64,000 nucleotides of DNA, from assembly GCA_002269645.1 (NCBI GenBank), contig NIVC01000922.1, forward strand, positions 124,001 to 188,000, written 5' to 3'. Below the pieces are notes generated by a model. It was not told the origin of the DNA. It was given only the letters and a program-made list of their open reading frames with translations, and did not search any database. This DNA is from Macrostomum lignano (taxonomy: Eukaryota). Below are positions 46,101 to 59,279 of this stretch, one piece after another; position 1 is the first letter of the stretch; each line of letters starts with the position of its first letter. The translations under genes were made by a program, and so were the position numbers.

Positions 46101-49100
46101 CATGAATCTCTCAGTTGTTTGACATGATGGAATCTCTCAGTGGTTTGACGGGGAATCTAATAATTCCCTGATAGGGAATCTCTCAGTTGTTTGACGGAGA
46201 ATCTCTCAGTGGTTCTACGGGGAGTCTCTCAGTTGCTTGACGGGTAATCTCTCAGTTGTTTGACGGGGAATCTTTCAGTTGCTTGATGGGAAATCTCTCA
46301 GTTGTTTGACGGAGAATCTCTCAGTGGTTTGACGGGGAATCTCTCAGTGGTTCGACGGGGAGTCTCTCAGTTGCTTGACGGGGAATCTCTCAGTTGTTTG
46401 ACGGAGAATCTCTCAGTGGTTTGACGGAGAATCTCTCAGTGGTTTGACGGGGAATCTCTCAGTTGTTTGACGGAGAATCTCTCAGTGGTTTGACGGAGAA
46501 TCTCTCAGTTGTTGGACGGGGAATCTCTCAGTTGTTTGACGGAGAATCTCTCAGTGGTTTGACGGGGAATCTCTCAGTTGTTTGACGGAGAATCTCTCAG
46601 TGGTTTGACGGAGAATCTCTCAGTTGTTTGACGGGGAATCCCTCAGTTGTTTGACGGAGAATCTCTCAGTGGTTTGACGGAGAATCTCTCAGTGGTTTGA
46701 CGGGGAATCTCTCAGTTGTTTGACGGAGAATCTCTCAGTGGTTTGACGGGGAGTCTCTCAGTTGCTTGACGAGGGAATCTCTCAGTTCTTTAGGAATCTT
46801 TCAGATCTTTAATGGGGAATCTTTCAGTTCTTTGATGGGGAATCTTTCAGTTCTTTGATGGGGAATCTTTCAGTTCTTTGATGGGGAATCTTTCAGTTCT
46901 TTGATGGGGAATCTGTCAATTGTTTAAAGATTTCGTAAACTAGCTCAGGCTTAAGTAAAACACCTTGAACTCACTCTCTCACAGCTACGAGCAGGTGCGC
47001 CAGCAGAATGCCCGACTAAAAGAGCAGCTCGCCGCGGCCAAGCAGATCCGAGACGATCGGCTGGTCCTAGAAGAGGAGAACCGGTCTCTGCGAGGCCGGC
47101 TGGAATCCGCAGAGTCCCGGGCCGCTACTCTGGCCGCCGATCTCGCAGCGGCACAGACGGCCGAAGCCAAGCAGTCTGATAGAAGCGCCAATCAATCTCT
47201 AACAGCTGACCATTGGTCTTCGGAATCAGCTCGGCTGGCGTCTGCTCAACGCGAACTGGCGCTGGCCACGGCCGGTCGAGCGGAATTGCAGATTGCTGTC
47301 TCTGCCGCCGAGCGCAGCCTGTCAGAGTCTGCCGCTGCTCAGTCTGAAGCTGAAGCCAAAATTCAACGGCTGGAGACTGAGCTTGGCGAGTTGAAACGGC
47401 GTTTGCGGCTGTTGAGTAGGGAGCGGGATATGCTCAAGGAGTTTGTCGCTTCCTATCGATTGGACTGCACATTGGGCGGCTCCGGAAGTGAGCAGGTGAG
47501 TTATCTTTTCCTGTCTTCTCTCGGACTGGGGGATTTTATTCCCATTCTGTTCAGTTTGGGGGAGTTTATTCCCATTCTGTTCAGTTTGGGGGAATTAACT
47601 CCCATCCTGTTCAGTTTGGGAGGCAAACCAAAAAACAAACTTCACTTTCTTGACAAACCAAAAATCCATTACAATTTTATCTTCCTAGGCCTACCTGCAG
47701 CGCATCAGCAACATGGAATCCTTATTGGACGATTACAAGCGTCAACTGGACGAGGCGTTGGCCGAGAAATCATCTACGGCGTCCGCAGCGCCCAGCAGGC
47801 TTTCGCTGCCAGTCGAGTCGCAGCAGCAGCAGCAGCAGCAGCAGGCATCCTCCAGACTGTCTTTAGGCGAGCTGGCGTCAAAACAGGAGGCTTCCCTTGT
47901 TATTGAATTGCGGTAAACAAATGCGTTCTTTTCACGAATTCTTCCTACTAACTACTGGCTAAATAAGTAGCGATACAGGTATATGCGTACAGTTTTCTGA
48001 AAATTACAGTCAGCAAATTACCGAGCTGCACAAACGGCTGGCCGCTGCTGAGGAGGACAAAGAAATGCTCGCTGCTAGGGAGGCTCGGCTCAGCGATTTG
48101 GTAAGAATTCCCCTTATACCAAGATTCCCCTCCCATTCCCCATATGCCAAGATTCCCCTCCCATTCCCCATATGCCAAGATTCCCCTCCTATTCCACATA
48201 TGCTAAGATTCCCCTCCCATTCCCCATATGCCAAGATTCCCCTCCAATTCCCCATATGCCAAGATTCCCCTCCCATTCCCCATATGCCAAGATTTCCCTC
48301 TCATTCCCCATATCCCAAGATTCCCCTCATTCCCCATATCCCAAGATTCCCCTCATTCCCCATATCCCAAGATTCCCTCATTCCCCATATCCCAGGATTC
48401 CCCTCATTTCCCATATCCCAAGATTCCCCTCATTCCCCATATCCCAAGATTCCCCTCCCATTCCCCATATCCTAAGATTCCCCTCCCATTCCCAATATCC
48501 CAAGATTCCCCTCATTCCCCATATCCCAAGATTTCCCTCATTCCCCATATGCCAAGATTCCCCTCCCATTCCCCATATGCCAAGATTCCCCTCCTATTCC
48601 CCATATGCTAAGATTCCCCTCCTATTCCCCATATGCCAAGATTCCCCTCCCATTCCCCATATGCCAAGATTCCCCTCCCATTCCCCATATGCCAAGATTT
48701 TCCTCTCATTCCCCATATCCCAAGATTCCCCTCATTCCCCATATCCCAAGATTCCCCTCATTCCCCATATCCCAAGATTCCCCTCATTCCCCATATCCCA
48801 AGATTCCCTCATTCCCCATATCCCAGGATTCCCCTCATTTCCCATATCCCAAGATTCCCCTCATTCCCCATATCCCAAGATTCCCCTCATTCCCCATATC
48901 CCAAGATTCCCCTCATATTCCCCATATGCCAAGATTCCCCTCCCATTCCCAATATCCTAAGATTCCCCTCATTCCCCATATCCCAAGATTCCCCTCCCAT
49001 TCCCCATATCCTAAGATTCCCCTCCCATTCCCCATATCCCAAGATTCCCCTCCTATTCCCCATATCCCAAGATTCCCCTCCCATTCCCCATATCTTAAGA

Positions 49101-50469
49101 TTCCCCTCCCATTCCCCATATCCCAATACCCCTCCTATTCCCCATATCCCAAGATTCCCCTCCCATTCCCCATATCTTAAGATTCCCCTCCCATTCCCCA
49201 TATCCCAAGATTCCCCTCCCATTCCCAATATCCTAAGATTCCCCTCATTCCCAATATCCTAAGATTCCCCTCATTCCCCATATCCCAAGATTCCCCTCCC
49301 ATTCCCCATATCCTAAGATTCCCCTCCCATTCCCCATATCCCAAGATTCCCCTCCTATTCCCCATATCCCAAGATTCCCCTCCCATTCCCCATATCTTAA
49401 GATTCCCCTCCCATTCCCCATATCCCAATACCCCTCCTATTCCCCATATCCCAAGATTCCCCTCCCATTCCCCATATCTTAAGATTCCCCTCCCATTCCC
49501 CATATCCCAAGATTCCCCTCCCATTCCCCATATCTTAAGATTCCCCTCCCATTCCCCATATCCCAAGATTCCCCTCCCATTCTCCATATCCCAAGATTCC
49601 CCTCCCATTCCCCATGTACCAAGATTCCCCTCCCATTCCCCATATCCCACGATTCCCCTCCCATTCCCCATATCCCAAGATTCCCCTCCCATTCCCCATA
49701 TCCCAAGATTCCCCTCCCATTCCCCATGTACCAAGATTCCCCTTCCATTTCCCATATCCCACGATTCCCCTCCTATTCCCCATATCCCAAGATTCCCCTC
49801 CCATTCCCCATATCCTAAGATTCCCCTCCCATTCCCCATATCCCAAGATTCCCCTTCCATTCTCCATATGCCAAGATTCCCCTTCTATTCCCCATATCCC
49901 AAGATTCCCCTTCCATTCCCCATATCCCAATATTCCCCTTCTATTCCCCATATCCCAAGATTCCCCTCCCATTCCCCATATCCCACGATTCCCTGCTCGA
50001 TTGTCTCTTATAATTAATTCCCTCTAGTCAGCAACACGCAAGCGCCGCACTCCCCTCCCCCCTCGAACTCCAGGGAGACGCGGATCCCCGGTTCACCCGG
50101 GTGCTCCACCTGGTCCAGAACCCCGCCCAAGAGGCCGAAGAGGCGCGCGAGAACGAGCTTGCCGAGCTGCGGAAGAAGCTTGAAAAAGCGCTGACCAGGT
50201 GCGAGAAACTGGAGGAGAAATTGAAGAATCGGGCGGCTGCCGGCCCGGCTGACGGGGAAGCGGCAGCTGCCACCGCCGGGTCCTCGGCTGCTGCAACCTC
50301 CGTTATTGGCGATATGACCCGGGATGTGTCCATGATTGTTGGACGGGGGGACCTGCTGACTGAGGTTAGTTAGGATTAGTGTGTTTAATCCGTCTCTGTG
50401 TCTGTCTGTCTGTTTGTCTGCCTGTCTGTCTGTCTGTCTGCCTGCCTGTCTGTCTGTGTCAGTCAGTCA

Positions 50470-50501
<32 letters not shown>

Positions 50502-50582
50502 GGCTGTCTGTCTGTCAGTCAGTCTGTCTGTCTCTCTGTCTGCCTGTCTGTCTTTCCCTCTGTCTGTCTGTCTGCCTGTCTC

Positions 50583-50625
<43 letters not shown>

Positions 50626-50646
50626 GTCTGCCTGTCTGTCTTTCCC

Positions 50647-50709
<63 letters not shown>

Positions 50710-50718
50710 GTCTGTCTA

Positions 50719-50765
<47 letters not shown>

Positions 50766-50770
50766 TTCCC

Positions 50771-50845
<75 letters not shown>

Positions 50846-50866
50846 GTCTGTCTGTCTGTCTGTCTA

Positions 50867-50905
<39 letters not shown>

Positions 50906-53900
50906 GTCTGTCTGCAGCTCCATGCAGCCCTGCCGTGTGTGTGTGTATTAACCTACGGCTCGGGTCCCAGCCCGCCGAGGAAGGTCGACTCCAGGAAGGT
51001 GGACGTCTCAATTGGGTTGTTCCAAAGGTCACTAGGGCAGAGCGGCGTCGGATAGACAGGGCAGTCGAAAAGATGGACCACCGTTTGGGGCTCCAGACCG
51101 CAATCAGGACAGACCGCGGCGACGCCTGGTTTGATTCTCGACTGAAAATCCTGGAGAAGCGGGCAGAAACCGGAGCGGAGCTGCGCCAGTATGCACCGCA
51201 TGCGGCGGGGGAGGCAAGTTTCGGAGCGATGGATCGCTGGCCGTTGTGTTTGAATAACACGGTTCTGTGGCAGGCTGTCCAGCATGGCCTGTACTGCCTG
51301 CGTATGCTGGGCCCGCCTGGCGCGATCCCAGGCAGCAGCGTCAAGGACGTCCGGGGCCGGAACCGGCGTCCAATCAGCATTAAAGTGTTCAGCCGTGAAG
51401 ATGGAGGCTTTCATGAGTCTGCGCGGCGGCGGAAGGCCAGAAAGGTGGTGACAAGGGAGTTCAGGGCGTCTAGCGCGAAGCTTGAACTGGAGCGAAAGAA
51501 GTCGGTTGTGCTGGCGGACGGTAAGCAACTGGACTTCACTATGAAGATCCGCTTCAGAGGTAAGGGCAGTGCAGCCGGTGATGCCGCGAATCGCTGCATT
51601 CTGGACCGATTGCAGCCGCGTCCAGGACGAGTTGGAGATGATAGGGCCCCAGACCGGAGCAGCATAGTCGAGCAGGCTTCTGCCTAACGCTTTGAAGGTG
51701 GTCAGCAAAAGTTCCTTGCAGCAGCCCCAGGAGGAGCCGGCGAGACAGCGTAGCAGGCAGTTCCTTTTCCGGGTTTTTTCCGCAAGAGTGGTAACGTGTC
51801 TAGCGAAGGAGAGCTTAGGGTCGAAAGTCACACCAAGAATTTTCGGATAGAGGGCTTGCGGTAGTAATGAGCCGTTGATGGACACGTTCAGTTGGCGAGA
51901 GTACTCGCGCTGATCCGGACTGAACAGAGTGGAGGAGCACTTTGATGTAGAAATTTGGAGCTTGCGCGACTCAAGGAACGGAGCAAGGTCAGCGAGATAG
52001 CTGTTCAGTTGTTGTTCAATAGAATAACAGTTTGGGGATGAGGCGGCAACGGTAAGATCGTCAGCGTAACCAATTAGTTTAGTGGCCGGATTGGATGGCA
52101 CAGGAGCTTTAGCCAAGTAAAAGGCAAAAAGAAGCGGGCTGATGGCGCTGCCCTGTGGAACTCCCATGCGAACCTGCCGCCACTTCGACTTAAAGTCTCG
52201 CATGACGGTCCGAGCTTGACGACCAAGAATGTAGTTGGCAAGCCAGGCCTTAACAGTGTTAGGAAGATCAGACTCGGCGAGATCAGAGAGTAATTCGTAG
52301 TGGTCAACGCAGTCGAATGCCATCCGAAGGTCGATCGCGCTAACGCCGGTCCTGGCCGGCGGTTTTGGCAAACAAAAACCTGAGCAGATCTGCTCAACCA
52401 GTTGGCAGAGGGCGGTCACGGTGGAGTGATGCGGACGAAAGCCATGTTGCCAGGCCGGGAGCTGGAGGTGGTCAGTCAGTAGCGGAAGCAGGATCTTCTC
52501 CAGAATTTTGACGAGCGGCGAGAGAAAGGAGATAGGGCGATACGACGCACCATCGTCCTGCGGTTTACCATCCTTCAGAAGGGGACAGATTAAGGACTTC
52601 TTCCAGACCGCCGGGATCTCATTGTAAGCGATTGAGCGATTGAAGAGGTTACGGAGCACAGCCTTCGCCTTCGGACCAAAGTGCCTAATGACGAGCGGGC
52701 AGATTCCATCAGGGCCGATGGCCTTGGAGGGTTTGGACCGCTTGATGGCCATTTCGATGTCGTCAGTCGAGAAGACAGGGGCGTCTTCAGCGGCACGAGC
52801 AAGGCCCTTAAGACGTCGACGAACGACGCGCATCTGCGGGTTGGAGCAGTGAAGGCGCGGCCTCGTGAACTGACAGTTGAGACGGTCCGCAGTTTCGGCA
52901 CCAGAAAGGGCCTGTTTTCCGTTAAACTTTAAAATGACATTCTTATCCGCGTTAGGACGACCGGTCAGCTTTTTAAGAGTGGACCAGATTCTAGAGGACG
53001 GGGCAGGCTGGTTGCCATTCTCTAAGAGAAATTCGTTCCAGCGCACCCGTCTCTCCGCTTCCAGACTTGAATTGATTTGTGCTTGAAGGTCCGCGATACC
53101 GGGGTCCGACGGGTTGTTGGTGCGAAGAGCGTCGCGCGCAGATAAGAGTTGACTAATTTCCGGTGAGCAGGGATCCGGGCTCTGCTGTTTGAAACGACCC
53201 TCCGGGATCGCAGTCTTCATGGCCGACAGGATCAGCTTACGGAAGGCAGCTTCTTGAGTATGAGCAGAACCGGTGCCGGTGAAGTTGTCCAGAGAGCTCT
53301 CGAGGGTATTGGTGAAGAGCTCCCAGTCTGCCCTCCTAAAATTGATGAAGCATCTACGAGCCGCGGTGGTCGCCATACTGGACACACCCAACGAGATGAT
53401 GATGGGCAGATGATCGCTAGAGAGTGTGTGAAGAATGTCGTAGTCGGCCTTCAGGAGTAAAGATTGATGGACAGCCGTAACGTCAGGGGTCGAGGGAGGT
53501 CCGTTGCTAGGCAGTCTGGATTGGGCTGGCGTGGATAGAAAGTCGAAAGGAGCTTGTTCGACCTGGAGGGCAAGCAGGTCCCCGCGCGCGGTAGTTTCGA
53601 GCTCAGATTCCCAGGCGGGGTGGTGAGCGTTCCAGTCTCCGCAGATAATCGACGGGGAGTCAGTGAACAGCCTGGTCAGATCCGGAGAGTAACCGGTGTC
53701 ACAGCTGCTGACCGGTGGCAGATATGAGTTGAACAGGCGGAGGGGCAGGGTTGAGTTAAAAAAGATGTCAATGCCCTGAAGTTCGCTGTGATGGTCGGTA
53801 AGACTTGACGTGTCGATTGGTGAAAAGCGAATGGAGTCTCGGACGAAAAGGACGAGACCTCCGCCTCTGGAGTTTGGGCGGTCAGCACGTATGCAGGCGT

Positions 53901-54720
53901 AACCAGGAAGAGTGGGGGTTCTCGCGTTCTTAGATAGTTTAGATTCTTGAATAGCGATGACATGCGGGTTGATGTTGCTGCACAGGTGTTCCAGTTCCTT
54001 AATCTTGCCGGAGATGCCGTTGGCATTCCATTGTATGATGATGAGATGGTCTTGGGATTCCGACACTGAGGACTCGACTTTGCGGGGAGGGTGACTGTGT
54101 GAGCTACCCGGAAAGGTGATGTCCTTGGATTGATCGAATTTGACGTTGGAGTGGCAGTTGGATGAGCTAGCCTTTCCGGCTTTTTGTGATTGAGTCTCCA
54201 GAGCCTTGGCCGTGCTGCAACCACTTCCGCAGCACGGGCCGATGAAGTTGGCGTTCCAGTTTGAGATCGAGAGCCCTGCCGTCATGACAGCCAACGCAAT
54301 TATTTGCAGATCGAGCGTCTCAAAACCGAGCTGGATCGCAAGGATCTGCAGAAGCAGCGCCAGCGCGAAGCGTTCAGAACCAACACGGAGAAAATGCGCG
54401 AGGCCGTCCACCGCCTGCTTGGCTACCGAGTCCAGCTGGAGTCGGACAATCCCTCCGAGCGGCTGTTTCGTATCTCGTCAACCTACGTGGATTTTGATGA
54501 GCAGGATTCCGATAAGACTTCGTTTCTGTTTCGACTAAACGACGACAACGTGGACCTGCTGACCACCGACTACGTGTCCGAGTGGCAGTCGGATGTGCGG
54601 CACTACGTCCAGGAGCGCAACTCTGTGCCCGCTTTTCTGGCCACCGTGACGCTGAACTATTTCGGCTCCAGTACCACCCTGGTGTCATCGTCTGTCATGG
54701 GTGCCACCACTATAAGTTAA
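43149..54720 (+). CDS. MAD1L1: Mitotic spindle assembly checkpoint protein MAD1, ~887 aa; exons 43149-43623, 44248-44405, 44828-45115, 45839-46011, 46985-47495, 47689-47912, 48010-48100, 50032-50364, 54310-54720
   Basis: All introns are GT-AG with matching phases (sum 2664 nt). Long coiled coil, Mad2-interaction motif LQGD..PRFTRVLHLVQNP, and C-terminal domain LLGYRV...FRISSTY...LLTTDY...SVPAFLATVTL. First ATG is uncertain. Confidence 0.9.
43680..50910 (+). repeat. Intronic tandem repeats of MAD1: ~24-bp (43680-44100), 20-bp (44450-44720), 20-bp G-rich (45260-45720), 23-bp (46105-46915), 24/28-bp (48110-49990) and (TCTG)n (50395-50912)
   Basis: Directly visible; each intron has a different unit. 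Confidence 0.9.
50937..54271 (-). mobile_element. APE-RT LINE without RNase H (I-group, Vingi/Ingi-like by inference), 3335 bp, uninterrupted ORF, antisense in MAD1 intron 8
   Basis: 11-bp TSD AGCCCTGCCGT (50926-50936, 54272-54282). QWNANG...IQESK...GDWNAH...SDH endonuclease, GVPQGS...YADD RT and QLRSG.C...CPDC...HLF.C finger. Stop at 50953 followed by a (CA)n tail. Confidence 0.93.
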
Positions 54721-54829
54721 CCTGCTTTCCCAGTCATAGTCCTCCGGTTTGTTTTTTGTGTGTAAATTCTCATAGTTTCTTCATTTCTAAATTTCATAGT
54801 GTTCCTATTCCTAAGTCTAATTAATTTTC

Positions 54830-55150
54830 CTCATTCCCAAATTCCATTAATTCTCCTCATTCCCAAATCCCATTAATTTTCCCCATTCCTGAATACGTTA
54901 AATCAATCACATTAATTCTCCCCATTCCCAAATCCCATTGATTCTCACCATTCCCAAATCCCATTAATTCTCCCCATTTCTAAATCCCAATAATTTCCCC
55001 ATTCCTAAATCGCATTAGTTTTCCTCATTCCCAAATCCCATTAATTCTCCCCATTCCCAAATCCCATTAATTCTCCCCATTCCCTAATCCCAATAATTTC
55101 CCCATTCCTAAATCCTGCATTACTTTTCCCCATTCCCAAATCCCATTATT
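54830..55150 (+). repeat. ~26-bp minisatellite (CCCCATTCCCAAATCCCATTAATTCT) downstream of the MAD1 stop
   Basis: Directly visible tandem units. Confidence 0.8.
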
Positions 55151-55711
55151 TTCGCCATATCTCGGAAATCCTCATCCTTAAACAGCTCCTATTTTTTATA
55201 ATTCATCCTGTTGAAAAATCGTTGTATCTCTAAATAAATCAAACGATTATTATACTACTTGGTTATTGTGGACTAAACATTTTATTCCTATATTTTTCTT
55301 AACAATAAATTGTGAATTACTACTGTGCAGGTGTAAAGTTTCGCACACTAGTGGGCTGTTTGTTTAATAGCCAGCCGTCTACGAGTATTAGATTTTGACG
55401 TTCGAACTAGCATTTTCTGTGTGTGTTTGCACTGTTGCCATTATTCTATAATGCCGATACCTGTATAAAAAGCATCAACTGCATGGCTAGTTAGCTATAA
55501 TTCTTAAGCAACCTCTGAAAAAAATAATTAGTAATTTTATCTTTTTATAGCCGCGTGCGTTTTCAATAACGCTTAACATATTGGCGCACTGATCTGAACT
55601 TGTTACTAAAATACACTATCTAATGAAAGCTAAGCTGCCACTGTGTCTGTCAGCGTATATGCGGTTTCGTGAAAGTCACTAAAAACTATTACGAACCTCT
55701 CTTGCTGCTTG

Positions 55712-57442
55712 TCAGTTGCTAGGGGCAGCCTCCAAGATCCTAAGTTTCTGGGCCATTAGCTAATCAAAATAATCAGAGAGGTTAAGTGATGCTAGATGGG
55801 GTCAGGGGTGCTATATGGGGTCAGAGGATGCTAGACGGGGTCAGGGGGTGCTAGATGGGGGTCAGGGGTGCTAGATGGGGGTCAGGGGTGCTAGGTGGGG
55901 TCAGGGGTGCTAAATGGGGGTCAGGGGGTTGCTGGTTAAGGTCAGGGGGTGCTGGTTGGGGTCAGGGGGTGCTAGATGGGGTCAGGGGTGCTAAATGGGG
56001 TCAGGGGGTGCTAGATGGGGTCAGGGGTGCTAAATGGGGTCAGGATGTACTACATGGGGTCAGGGGGTGCTAGATGGGGTCAGGATGTGCTAGATGGGGT
56101 CAGGGGTGCTAGATGGGGTCAGGGGTGCTAAATGGGGGGTCAAGGGGTGCTAGATGGGGTCAGGGGTGCTAGATGGGGTCAGGGGTGCTAGGGGTCAGCT
56201 AAATGGGGTCAGGGGTGCTAAATGGGGGTCAGGGGGTTGCTGGTTAAGGTCAGGGGGTGCTAAATGGGGTCAGGGGTGCTAGATGGGGTCAGGGATGCTA
56301 GATGGGGTCAGGGGGTGCTAGATGGGGTCAGGGTGCTAAATGGGGGTCAGGGGGTGCTAGATGGGGTCAGGGGTGCTAAATGGGGGTCAGGGGGTGCTAG
56401 ATGGGGTCAGGGGGTGCTAGATGGGGTCAGGGGTGCTAAATGGGGGTCAGGGGGTGCTAGATGGGGTCAGGGGTGCTAAATGGGGGTCAGGGGGTGCTAG
56501 ATGGGGTCAGGGGTGCTAAATGGGGTCAGGATGTGCTTGATGGGGTCAGGGGGTGCTAGATGGGGTCAGGATGTGCTAGATGGGGTCAGGGGTGCTAGAT
56601 GGGGTCAGGGGTGCTAAATGGGGGTCAGGGGGTGCTAGATGGGGTCAGGGGTGCTAGATGGGGGTCAGGGGTGCTAGATTGGGTCAGGGGTGCTAGATGG
56701 GGTCAGGGGGTGCTAGATGGGTCAGGGGTGCTAAATGGGGGTCAGGGGGTTGCTGGTTAAGGTCAGGGGGTGCTAAATGGGGTCAGGGGTGCTAGATGGG
56801 GTCAGGGGGTGCTAGATGGGGTCAGGGGTGCTAAATGGGGGTCAGGGGGTGCTAGATGGGGTCAGGGGTGCTAAATGGGGGTCAGGGGGTGCTAGATGGG
56901 GTCAGGGGTGCTAAATGGGGGGTCAGGGGTGCTAGATGGGGTCAGGGGGTGCTAGATGGGGTCAGGGGTGCTAAATGGGGGTCAGGGGGTGCTAGATGGG
57001 GTTAGGGGTGCTAGGTGGGGGTCAGGGGTGCTTGATGGGTCAGGGGTGCTAGGTGGGGTCAGGGGTGCTAGGTGGGGTCAGGGGTGCTAGGTGGGGTCAG
57101 GGGTGCTAGGTGGGGTCAGGGGTGCTAGGTGGGGTCAGGGGTGCTAGGTGGGGTCAGGGGGCGCATAAGAATCCTGTTTACATGTAAATTGGTGGCAGTT
57201 GCTATTTTAAAGCACCTGTCCCAGTTACAGAGTATTGAAATTCTTTCCAATTTACTCTCAACTGAAGATTCCAGTGCTCCATCAGGCGGAATATGGATGG
57301 ATAGTAAAATGTCTCCATCAAAGCCTCTCTCAGCCTCTCGCTGTGCCTCATTCGCTATTGTGTAAAACTCCGTCCACTGCGCTGCGCACTCTTCGTGGAA
57401 ACAATCTTGTTTGAGCTCTCTTAAAAACACAACCCTTTCCAT
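55712..57442 (-). CDS. Small hypothetical protein, ~102 aa; exons 57442-57182 and 55759-55712
   Basis: MERVVFLRELKQDCFHEEC...ATNLH|LMAQKLRILEAAPSN*. Phase-0 GTAAAC donor at 57181 and TTGATTAG acceptor at 55760. The intron is filled by a minisatellite, as in neighbouring genes. An upstream exon is possible. Confidence 0.6.
55790..57160 (+). repeat. ~20-bp G-rich minisatellite (GCTAGATGGGGTCAGGGGT)
   Basis: Directly visible; occupies the intron of the minus-strand gene. Confidence 0.92.
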
Positions 57443-57899
57443 TTCTTTCAACTGCCCAGCTAGCGGCTGGCTATTATGAACCCATTGAGCTATTTGGCTA
57501 CACCCCCCGTTGCCTCTCGTCTAGTCAGTGTACACAGACTCGCGCGCTGTGCACTAGTAGTCTGGTTCGAACATTATTTGTAATGTAGTTTAAATCGGCG
57601 CAAGATAAGGCTGGGAATGGCGACAGGAGGGGGGTTGCTGTGGCTGTCGCTAAGGCTTGTAGTTACCGTGTTGCTTTCTGTCTTACCTTCTCGTCTCGTC
57701 TCGCTTGCTAAAAGCTCGACCTGTTTGCCTCTCCACCCTCCTCTCCTTCGTAACCAAATCTGCGTCTCGTTCTGAGTAACCAAGGCACTTTTGTTGTTGG
57801 TAAGTCTCCGTTCTTAACTGTTTGCTTGTTATGATTTTTGAATCACATTAAAGAAAAAATATTTTATTAAACAAAAAATATACTTTTCCTTGCTATCTA

Positions 57900-58265
57900 A
57901 TCTCTCTTTTCAAATCATATTTCTCCATCTCTATCTTTAGCTCTCTTCTCGCCCTCTCTACCCCCACTCTTCTCTTCTTTCCCTCACTCTCCCCCCTCTC
58001 CCCTCCACTCTCTCCCTCCTCTCTCTCCCCTTTCTCCCGCTCCCTCTCCCATTTCTCCCTTTCCCTCCCCCGTTTCTCACTCTCCCTCTCCCAGCTCCCT
58101 TTCCATCTCTCCTCTGTCCTCTCCTCTCTCCTCTGTCTCCCCTCTGTCTCCCCTCTCCTCTCTCCCCCTCTGTCATCTCTCACTCTCTCCCTCTCTCTCT
58201 TTCTTCCTCTCCTCTTTCTTCCTCTCCTCTTTCTTCCTCTCTTTCCCCTCTCCTTTCTCCTCTCG
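57900..58265 (+). repeat. CT-rich low-complexity tract
   Basis: Polypyrimidine (CT/CCT)n sequence. Confidence 0.85.
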
Positions 58266-59279
58266 TTGCTTCCATTTCTAGTTGAAAAATTCAGTCATAC
58301 TATCCTTCTCCATTTCTCTTCCATCTCGTATCTTAAAACTGTCTGTTGCCGTTGACAACAACTCTTAGCGTCCCGTTATCAGGTCAGAATGCAGCTTTCA
58401 TAGATGGGGCTGGGCGCATGTTCCAGTCTCCACGCATTCCCGTCTCGCTCTCGCCCTGCACCCTAACATCTTCCCTTTCTTCCAGCCTGCTAAAAATCCC
58501 CCCTAGTCTATCTTCCCCGCTGAGCATTGGCGCAGCAATAGTAGTTTTATGAGGCCTTAGCTATGCCCATAGCTGTGTCTCCTAATATTTTTAAAACCGC
58601 TGTGCGTGACAGTGGGGGGGGGGTGGGGCGGAGGCTGCGGATCTCGCAGAGATGAAAATTGTTCTGAGACCTCTCTGTATAAGGGGAGAAGCGTGGAGGG
58701 CGTCGCTGTTGCTATGACAACGCCGCGCGTACAATTGGTGATAAAGCCTTCCTTATAGTTTGCCTTCCACCCTTAAGCAGGGTCTGGTTAAATTTCCCCT
58801 CAAAGCTGTACAGTCGAAAAAGAAGCAAATAAAGAAGCCGAAAGCAGCAGGAACCAGTTTCTTTGAGCAGTGGAAGCTTGGAGACTGTTAGCAAATATAA
58901 AGATAATATTTAAAGCAAAGTAAAGTCAGGTACCTGACCCTTGACCGCTATATATGTCTCCGGGTGAGGGAGGTAAGTTCCAATGCAAAATATTTAATTA
59001 TACAAAGTAGAAAACCCGCTATAATAAGCATAAGGCTCTTAGAAACTCTGTCATCAACGCTGCATCAACCCCAGCCCTAATCCTAGCCCCAAATACTCTT
59101 AGCAGCCAAGTTTGGAGATCTCATCATAAAACTTGGGGCTCGAAAAACCGTTACGATTATAAAACTCTGAATTTAAACAAACTCTACCTTTCATTCACGT
59201 TTTGATACACAATACCAATCAGTCATAATTCCATAAAACCCTCATACTTTCATATTAGATTGGTCATAAACCTTTATGG

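Noticed and set aside
50028-50031. MAD1 exon 8 acceptor at TAG 50027
   Set aside because: Out of frame; the CAG at 50031 gives the frame containing the Mad2-interaction motif.
48065-51687. Pro/Ile-rich, Gly/Trp-rich and SVCL-repeat ORFs
   Set aside because: They arise from intronic minisatellites, (TCTG)n and the antisense strand of the LINE.
53900-54411. 1152-aa LINE ORF starting at 54411
   Set aside because: The first ~46 codons are the antisense of MAD1 exon 9 and its flank; the TSD places the LINE 5' end at 54271.
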